NCBI GenBank assembly: GCA_012800525.1
Contig: JAAZJD010000061.1
Span: 25,935-89,934, forward strand
Source: Clostridiales bacterium
GTDB lineage: Bacteria; Bacillota; Clostridia; Christensenellales; DTU072
Length of the DNA stretch: 64,000 nt
Direction of reading: 5' to 3'
A program made the position numbers and the translations under genes. Shown here piece by piece: positions 58,000-64,000 of this stretch. Each line of letters starts with the position of its first letter. The first letter of the stretch is position 1. Under the pieces are notes generated by a model. That model ran no database searches. It had not been told where the DNA came from and worked only from the letters and a program-made list of their open reading frames with translations.

Positions 58000-59307
58000 A
58001 TGTTAAAAAAATCTAAAAAAATTTTCGTAATATTACTAATTATTGTTATAACTGTTTTTTCTATGACAGGTTGTGTAAGTTTATTTTTAACTGATTCTGA
58101 AAAAAACACACAACCAAACAATTCACCTAACAATCAAGCTAACGGCGGGATTGAAACTGATAGTTTTACGCCGCCGGAAGAAGTTCTCAATTATGAGTAT
58201 GAAATTACAACACCTATTAAATATTCGAGTGATGGTAGAATTGCAACCGAAGATGTAAGTTTAAGCACAGTAACTTTAGTTGATAAAGTTATGAAATCAG
58301 TGGTAAAAATAACAATTAATGAGAAAGATGGAAAATATGATTCCCAAGGTTCAGGTGTTGTATTTGCTGAAGGAACAAAAAAATTAAAAGGAACTGAAAC
58401 TTTAGAAAATATTTTATTTATTATGACTTGTGCACATGTTTTAGAAAGCAATCCACATGGAGCGACAGTCTTATTTGAAAATGGAACAAAAAAAGAGGCA
58501 ATTTTAGTTGGGGGGAGTGAATCACATGATATTGCGGTATTAGCTATTCCCAAGCCAGAAGATTTCGAGTCAGGTGATATACCTGAATTAAGAAAGAAAG
58601 ATGTTAAATATAAAAGAGGTGAAGTCGTTGTTGCGATTGGAACGCCAATAGGTTTAGATTTTAGCGTAACTAAGGGCATAATTAGTAGCGAAAGAACAAT
58701 TACACTAGATGCAACCAAAAAAGAAGTAATACAAACTGATGCTTCAGTTAACCCTGGAAATTCAGGAGGACCACTTTTTGATGGTCTCGGGAGATTGGTT
58801 GGTATTGTAGTTGCAAAAAATGTGGGAAGCAATATTGATTCAATAGGATATGCAATTAAAGTTACAGATAATCATGAAGCATCATTAGACGCAATAACAG
58901 TAGCTACTCAAATTATTAAAAATGCAGGTGGAGATTATGTCTATGGAAGCATTGATGGAACACTTACTGATGTAAAACTTGGCGTAACTGTTGGTGGCAA
59001 TTCAACTGGTGTATATATACAATCTATAGGCTCATACGGAAGTATTGCATGGTTTAATGCTCAACCAAATAGTCAAACAATTGTAGCTGGCTCAAATACT
59101 GCAGGAGATAGAATTGTATCAATTGGTAGCACTGATATTAATTCTATAAAGGACTTAGATACAGTATTAAAACAAAAAACCATGGATTCGACTATCTCAA
59201 TTCGTATTGCTCGCCCTTCTTTGTTTGGGTCAACAGAAATTATAGTAAATGTAAGATTAGTTCCTAATGTTTTTGGGAATACCCCTCATCCCGTTACTGG
59301 CTATTGA
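58000..59307 (+). CDS. HtrA/DegP-like serine protease lipoprotein
   Basis: Lipobox FSMTGC; TCAH, HDIA, TDASVNPGNSGGP catalytic triad; C-terminal PDZ-like segment. Confidence 0.9.
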   Translation: MLKKSKKIFVILLIIVITVFSMTGCVSLFLTDSEKNTQPNNSPNNQANGGIETDSFTPPEEVLNYEYEITTPIKYSSDGRIATEDVSLSTVTLVDKVMKSVVKITINEKDGKYDSQGSGVVFAEGTKKLKGTETLENILFIMTCAHVLESNPHGATVLFENGTKKEAILVGGSESHDIAVLAIPKPEDFESGDIPELRKKDVKYKRGEVVVAIGTPIGLDFSVTKGIISSERTITLDATKKEVIQTDASVNPGNSGGPLFDGLGRLVGIVVAKNVGSNIDSIGYAIKVTDNHEASLDAITVATQIIKNAGGDYVYGSIDGTLTDVKLGVTVGGNSTGVYIQSIGSYGSIAWFNAQPNSQTIVAGSNTAGDRIVSIGSTDINSIKDLDTVLKQKTMDSTISIRIARPSLFGSTEIIVNVRLVPNVFGNTPHPVTGY

Positions 59308-59335
59308 AACTCATAAGTAAAAACAGTTTGAAAAC

Positions 59336-59366
59336 AAAAAAGATGTTGAATGACAACATCTTTTTT
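59336..59366. terminator. Bidirectional terminator between htrA-like gene and tRNA cluster
   Basis: AAAAAAGATGTTG-AATGA-CAACATCTTTTTT. Confidence 0.88.
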
Positions 59367-59451
<85 letters not shown>

Positions 59452-59454
59452 TAA

Positions 59455-59530
59455 TGGAGCTGGCTATCGGAATCGAACCAACAACCTGCTGATTACAAAT
59501 CAGCTGCTCTGCCTGTTGAGCTAAGCCAGC
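59455..59530 (-). tRNA. tRNA-Thr(TGT)
   Basis: GCTGGCT...GCTGA-TTTGTAA-TCAGC...AGCCAGC-T-CCA. Confidence 0.96.
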
Positions 59531-59541
59531 ATATTTGCCAT

Positions 59542-59617
59542 TGGTGCCTTGGGTCGGAATCGAACCAACGACACAGGGATTTTCAGTCCCTTGCTCTACC
59601 GACTGAGCTACCAAGGC
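59542..59617 (-). tRNA. tRNA-Phe(GAA)
   Basis: GCCTTGG...CTGAAAA loop...CCAAGGC-A-CCA. Confidence 0.96.
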
Positions 59618-59624
59618 ATTTGAT

Positions 59625-59701
59625 TGGCGATCCGGAAGGGACTCGAACCCTCGGCCTCTAGCGTGACAGGCTAGCGTTCTAACCAACTGAACTACCGGAC
59701 C
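59625..59701 (-). tRNA. tRNA-Asp(GTC)
   Basis: GGTCCGG...CTGTCAC loop...CCGGATC-G-CCA. Confidence 0.96.
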
Positions 59702-59726
59702 ATAATATTAAGTTAAAAGTTTCTTT

Positions 59727-59803
59727 TGGTGGGCCTTCACGGACTCGAACCGCGGACCAATCGGTTATGAGCCGACCGCTCTGACCAACTGAGCTAAAGG
59801 CCC
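59727..59803 (-). tRNA. tRNA with CAT anticodon, most likely Ile2 (lysidine type)
   Basis: GGGCCTTTAGCTCAG...CTCATAA...AAGGCCC-A-CCA. Paired G1 and no GGG/CCC anticodon stem, so not fMet; overall resembles Bacillota Ile2. Confidence 0.85.
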
Positions 59804-59832
59804 TCATAATCACTAAAATTAAGCGTGTATTA

Positions 59833-59909
59833 TGGTCGGGGTGAAGAGATTTGAACTCCCAGCCCCTTGGTCCCAAACCAAGTGCGCTACCAAATTGCGC
59901 CACACCCCG
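59833..59909 (-). tRNA. tRNA-Pro(TGG)
   Basis: CGGGGTG...TTTGGGA loop...CACCCCG-A-CCA. Confidence 0.96.
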
Positions 59910-60052
59910 TCAATTATTAAACACTCTACTGATTATCATAAAGTAATCTTTTTAGCGTCTTTATCAATATACATTATTATAGTTGCTTATGTCAAATAAA
60001 AAAATAGTTTTAACATCATAAAAATGATTTTTAAGTAAAAATAATATATATT

Positions 60053-62230
60053 TTATGTGGATCTAGAAACTTTGGTAATATTAGGAATTTCACCAATTTT
60101 TTTTATAACAAACTGCAAGTCATCTTTTGATTTTATTTGTACTCCTAAATTAATTGCTGTTTTTCCAAAAGATTGTTTATGTATTTCAAGGTTATCAATA
60201 GATATATTATGGTTTGCAAGCAATTGAATTATTGAATGTACAATTCCTGCTTTATCAATTGCCTCAATTTTAAGTTTTGCTGTAAAAACAGAGCCATCTT
60301 CAACTGCCCACTTTGCATCAAGGATACGCTCTTTTTCCATTGCTGTTACATTTGGACAATCAGCTCTATGCACAGAAATACCAGTACCACGTGCAGCATA
60401 TCCTATTATGTTATCCCCTGGAACGGGGTTACAACACTTGCTTAATCTAACTAGGAAATCATCAAAGCCTTCAATTAAAATACCACTAGTAGATTTGGTT
60501 TTTTTTGTTTGTATCTGCTTTGATATTATTTGTGGCAGTTGTTCAGGATTGTGAATTGCTTGATATTTTTTATATTTATCTATTAATTTGAGCAAAATTT
60601 GATTAGGAGATAATCCTCCATAACCTATTGATGCATATAAATCTTCTAACGAGGTTAACGAATACCTATTTATTATGTATTTTAAATTTTCTTCAATTGA
60701 AAGTAATTCGGAAAGCTTATATCCTCTTCTTTTTGCTTCTTTTTCTAAAGTCTCTTTTCCGCTCTTAATATTTTCTTCTTTCATAGTTTTTTTGAAGAAA
60801 GCTTTTATTTTTGATTTAGCTTGTGGAGTAACAACAAATTTAAGCCAATCCCGACTAGGTCCTTTACTATTTTTATTTGTAATTACTTCAACCAAATCTC
60901 CGGTTTCTAATTCTGTATTGATAGGAAGCATTTTTCCATTAATTTTAACTCCAACACATTGATTCCCAATTTCACTGTGTATTTTATAAGCAAAATCTAT
61001 CGCTGTAGCTTTAGAAGGCAAATTTATTACATCACCTTTTGGTGTAAATATATAAATTTCATTAATTGCGACATTTAGTTTTAAGGCATCTAAAAATTCA
61101 GAGCTATCTTTAATATCTATTTCAGAATCTAAAACTTCTTGAATCCAACTAAACTTTTCATCATATTTAGATGTTTTTTTATTTGATTTTCCCTCTTTAT
61201 ATTTCCAGTGTGCGGCAACACCATATTCTGCTATTTTGTGCATTTCTATGGTTCTAATTTGCACTTCAAAAATTTGACCATATTCCGAAATGACTGTTGT
61301 GTGAAGTGATTGATAGTTATTTGGTTTGGGCATTGCTATATAGTCTTTAAATCGTCCTGGCACTGGTTTCCAAATAGAATGAATGATTCCCAGCGTGGCA
61401 TAACATTCTCTAATATCATTAACAATCACTCTAAGTGCTATTAAATCACTAATTTGACTGACTGTTTTGTTTTGTTTTTGAGTTTTAATAAAAACACTGT
61501 AAAGGTGTTTAGGGCGTCCTTTTATTTCAGAATTTATGCCAACTTGTTTTAATTCCTTATCAAGCCTAGTGCTAATTTGATCAACCATTTGTAAATAGAA
61601 GTCTTTTTTGTTTTCTAATATTTGCGATAAAGATGAATAATCTTCTGGATATAAATATTTAAAGCATAAATCTTCTAGTTCAGATTTAATCTTATATAAG
61701 CCAATCCTACTTGCTATCGGAGCATATATGTCAAGAGTTTCATTTGCAATTCTTATTTGTTTTTCTATTGGCAAAGCTTTTAAAGTTCTCATATTATGTA
61801 GTCTATCAGCGAGTTTGATAAAAATAACCCTAATGTCCTCCGCTATTGAAAAAAAGAGTTTTCTAAAATTTTCTGCCTGTTCCTCTTCTTTAGATCTAAA
61901 TTTAATTTTCGAAAGTTTTGTAACGCCTATGATTAAGTTTGTAATTTCATCTCCAAACTTTAAACGCATTTCATCTTCAGTAAATTGAGTATCCTCAATG
62001 ATGTCATGTAATAAAGCGGCACATATACTTGAACTATCTAATGAGTAATCAAGCAAAATATTAGCAGCTTCTAATGTATGTGTGTAATATGGTTCACCGG
62101 ACATTCTCTTTTGTCCCGCATGCATTTCTTTAGAAAAATCAAGTGCATATGAAATTAAAGCATATTCTTCTTTGGAATAATTGCTTTTTATTTTTTCTAA
62201 AAATTCTTTATCTGTTATAATTTCTGCCAT
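60053..62230 (-). CDS. relA: Bifunctional (p)ppGpp synthetase/hydrolase Rel
   Basis: SGEPY, LLHDIIEDT (HD), KLADRLHNMRTL, GRPKHLYS, YQSLHT, EVQIRT, TGS, CCNPVPGD, ACT. Start at ATG 62230. Confidence 0.97.
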   Translation of the reverse strand: MAEIITDKEFLEKIKSNYSKEEYALISYALDFSKEMHAGQKRMSGEPYYTHTLEAANILLDYSLDSSSICAALLHDIIEDTQFTEDEMRLKFGDEITNLIIGVTKLSKIKFRSKEEEQAENFRKLFFSIAEDIRVIFIKLADRLHNMRTLKALPIEKQIRIANETLDIYAPIASRIGLYKIKSELEDLCFKYLYPEDYSSLSQILENKKDFYLQMVDQISTRLDKELKQVGINSEIKGRPKHLYSVFIKTQKQNKTVSQISDLIALRVIVNDIRECYATLGIIHSIWKPVPGRFKDYIAMPKPNNYQSLHTTVISEYGQIFEVQIRTIEMHKIAEYGVAAHWKYKEGKSNKKTSKYDEKFSWIQEVLDSEIDIKDSSEFLDALKLNVAINEIYIFTPKGDVINLPSKATAIDFAYKIHSEIGNQCVGVKINGKMLPINTELETGDLVEVITNKNSKGPSRDWLKFVVTPQAKSKIKAFFKKTMKEENIKSGKETLEKEAKRRGYKLSELLSIEENLKYIINRYSLTSLEDLYASIGYGGLSPNQILLKLIDKYKKYQAIHNPEQLPQIISKQIQTKKTKSTSGILIEGFDDFLVRLSKCCNPVPGDNIIGYAARGTGISVHRADCPNVTAMEKERILDAKWAVEDGSVFTAKLKIEAIDKAGIVHSIIQLLANHNISIDNLEIHKQSFGKTAINLGVQIKSKDDLQFVIKKIGEIPNITKVSRST

Positions 62231-62295
62231 TTTATACACCTTTTATATCATTATAGCATTAAATTTAATAATAAAATCATAAGCATCAATATTAT

Positions 62296-63993
62296 TTAAT
62301 CCATATTATTGCTTTTTATAAATGAATATATTTTTGAATTATTTAAATCTTTTTTTGTATTTGAAAATTTCAACATGCTTTCATCAAGTGAAACAATTTT
62401 TAGTTCATTAAAAATTAATAAACTCGCAAATAAATCAAAAAAGCTAATAGTTGGGTCGATTTTTAGAACTTCACTATGTATAGATGTTAGTTTTATATTT
62501 TCTAATGTCCTAATTACCCTGTACGTTTTTGCGAGACTATTTCTATTAAATTTATATTTTTTAAATTTAAGAGAATTTAAGTTATTTACCTCTCCAATTT
62601 TTACAACATTACCATAACTAAAATTTAAGTTTTTTAAATATTCTTCTGGCGGATTATCAAATACAATGATTTCTTCAAAGTATTTAAAATTTTCATCTTT
62701 TGATGGTGCAAGTAATATTGTATTAAACACATTGGAAGACTGAAGCTTAATAATGTTTCTATTATAGTCTGGGAACTTTGATGATAAATGATTAAAAGTT
62801 TCATTCGTAAAAGCTAATAAAATTTTTCCAAAATATTTTGTAGGTGTATAAAATTTGGTTTTAGTTGATTTATTATCATTGCTATTTACTAAAAATCTTT
62901 TTAAGGATTCTATTGCTAAAAAAGAATCGTCTAAATATGTGTTTTTATATTCAATATCTTTTATATTACATTGAACGGTTTTTTTGTTTCTAAATTCATT
63001 GATATCAACACTATAATACAAGTTTTTTGATATGTTATTTTTGAGTAAATGAAAGTGCTCTAGTTTGTTAAACATTATTAGTTCGACATTATTGTTTAAT
63101 CTAGATTTTAAGTGAGTTGATAATTTTATTTGTTCACATTTAATTCCATTTTTTAAAGTTTTAAAAAGTGGTTTTGGATTACTGTGGCCATATGGTTCTA
63201 AAAGAGCTAATTGATGAGCAATTTCAATATTTAAATCATTGTAATCGAAATCTATGTCATAATCTAATTTGTATTTAAATGCATTTGGCTCATATATTTT
63301 TGTAGAAATCAAATTAATTTTTTCAACAAAGGCTTCAAAGTTTGAAGCATCTATAGTTATTCCTGCCGCCATTGAATGTCCACCATAATTGTCTATAAAT
63401 TCTGAACATTGGTCTAATAGCTCTAAAATATTAATGCCTTTAATGCTTCTACATGAACCTTTTAATATGTTATTTTCATTTGTAAAAAGTATGGCGGGCC
63501 TATTAAACTTATCAACAAGCTTATTTGCGGCTATACCAAGAACTCCTGCTTCCCAGTTGCCTTTTAAAACTATAATTGTATTTTTTGATAAATCATAGTC
63601 AATTAGTAATTCTTGTGCTTTATTAAACACATCTTCAGTTATAGTTTTTCTTGATTCATTTTCTAGATATAATTCTTCTGCTAGGACTTTTGCATATTTT
63701 TCATCTTCTGTTATCATTAGCTCAAATGATTTAACAGCACTAGAAAGACGACCAGATGAATTTAAAGTAGGAGCTATTTTAAAAGCAATATCGTTAGATT
63801 TAATTATTTGTGGATATGTTATATTAAATTTTTTAAATAAGCAATCAAGCCCTACACGTTTATGATATTTTGATAAAAAGCTCAACCCTTCTTTAGCTAA
63901 AATTCTATTATCACCTATCAATGGAACAATATCTGCAATTGTAGCGATAGCACATAGATCAATATAAAGTTTTGATTCGTTAACTCCAAACAA
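62296..63993 (-). CDS. recJ: ssDNA exonuclease RecJ, 5'-truncated by window edge
   Basis: IATIADIVPLIGDNR, IAPTLNSSGR, KGSCRS, GGHSMAAG, LEPYGHSNPKP. Confidence 0.95.
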   Translation of the reverse strand: MFGVNESKLYIDLCAIATIADIVPLIGDNRILAKEGLSFLSKYHKRVGLDCLFKKFNITYPQIIKSNDIAFKIAPTLNSSGRLSSAVKSFELMITEDEKYAKVLAEELYLENESRKTITEDVFNKAQELLIDYDLSKNTIIVLKGNWEAGVLGIAANKLVDKFNRPAILFTNENNILKGSCRSIKGINILELLDQCSEFIDNYGGHSMAAGITIDASNFEAFVEKINLISTKIYEPNAFKYKLDYDIDFDYNDLNIEIAHQLALLEPYGHSNPKPLFKTLKNGIKCEQIKLSTHLKSRLNNNVELIMFNKLEHFHLLKNNISKNLYYSVDINEFRNKKTVQCNIKDIEYKNTYLDDSFLAIESLKRFLVNSNDNKSTKTKFYTPTKYFGKILLAFTNETFNHLSSKFPDYNRNIIKLQSSNVFNTILLAPSKDENFKYFEEIIVFDNPPEEYLKNLNFSYGNVVKIGEVNNLNSLKFKKYKFNRNSLAKTYRVIRTLENIKLTSIHSEVLKIDPTISFFDLFASLLIFNELKIVSLDESMLKFSNTKKDLNNSKIYSFIKSNNMD

Positions 63994-64000
63994 ACATTCT

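Noticed and set aside
59966-59995. TTGACA-18-TATATT as tRNA cluster promoter
   Set aside because: Plausible, but spacing and -10 are suboptimal and alternatives exist; not supported enough to list.

Overview
Core chromosomal segment of an AT-rich (about 25-30% GC by eye) Bacillota genome. The IspH-S1 fusion, the clostridial xer/lexA/miaA/mutLS/miaB block and an OLE RNA locus point to Clostridia (inference). Genes run on + up to about 29.84 kb: partial surface protein, yggS-lspA-rluD, rimP-nusA-L7Ae-infB-rbfA-nrnA-truB-ribF, M50 protease-scpA-scpB, a 2700-aa YDG/MBG-type surface protein, rluB-surE, a frameshifted HI0933 flavoprotein, cmk, ispH/rpsA, proC, rnhA. After that nearly all genes are on -: PadR-TM regulator, LexA-like repressor, XerS-like recombinase, ynbB, miaA, mutL, mutS, miaB, thiI, cysteine desulfurase, mutS2, pheTS, recN, argR, nadK, oapA, OLE RNA, xseBA, nusB, asp23, efp, pepP, a six-tRNA cluster, rel, partial recJ. 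This convergent switch suggests the replication terminus. Main highlights: (1) an unannotated ~570-nt OLE RNA with oapA in a stripped-down neighbourhood; (2) a LexA-like protein lacking the Ala-Gly cleavage site, co-operonic with a membrane-tethered PadR regulator and next to a XerS-like recombinase with a candidate dif-like site; (3) a giant adhesin-like gene coupled into scpAB-rluB; (4) an A9 frameshift; (5) many canonical neighbours missing from their usual loci (hfq, ylxR, sepF/divIVA, spoIIIA, spoIVB/spo0A, ispA/dxs/tlyA). No CRISPR array, prophage or IS transposase was seen. No searches were run, so family calls rest on motifs and synteny recognised by eye.
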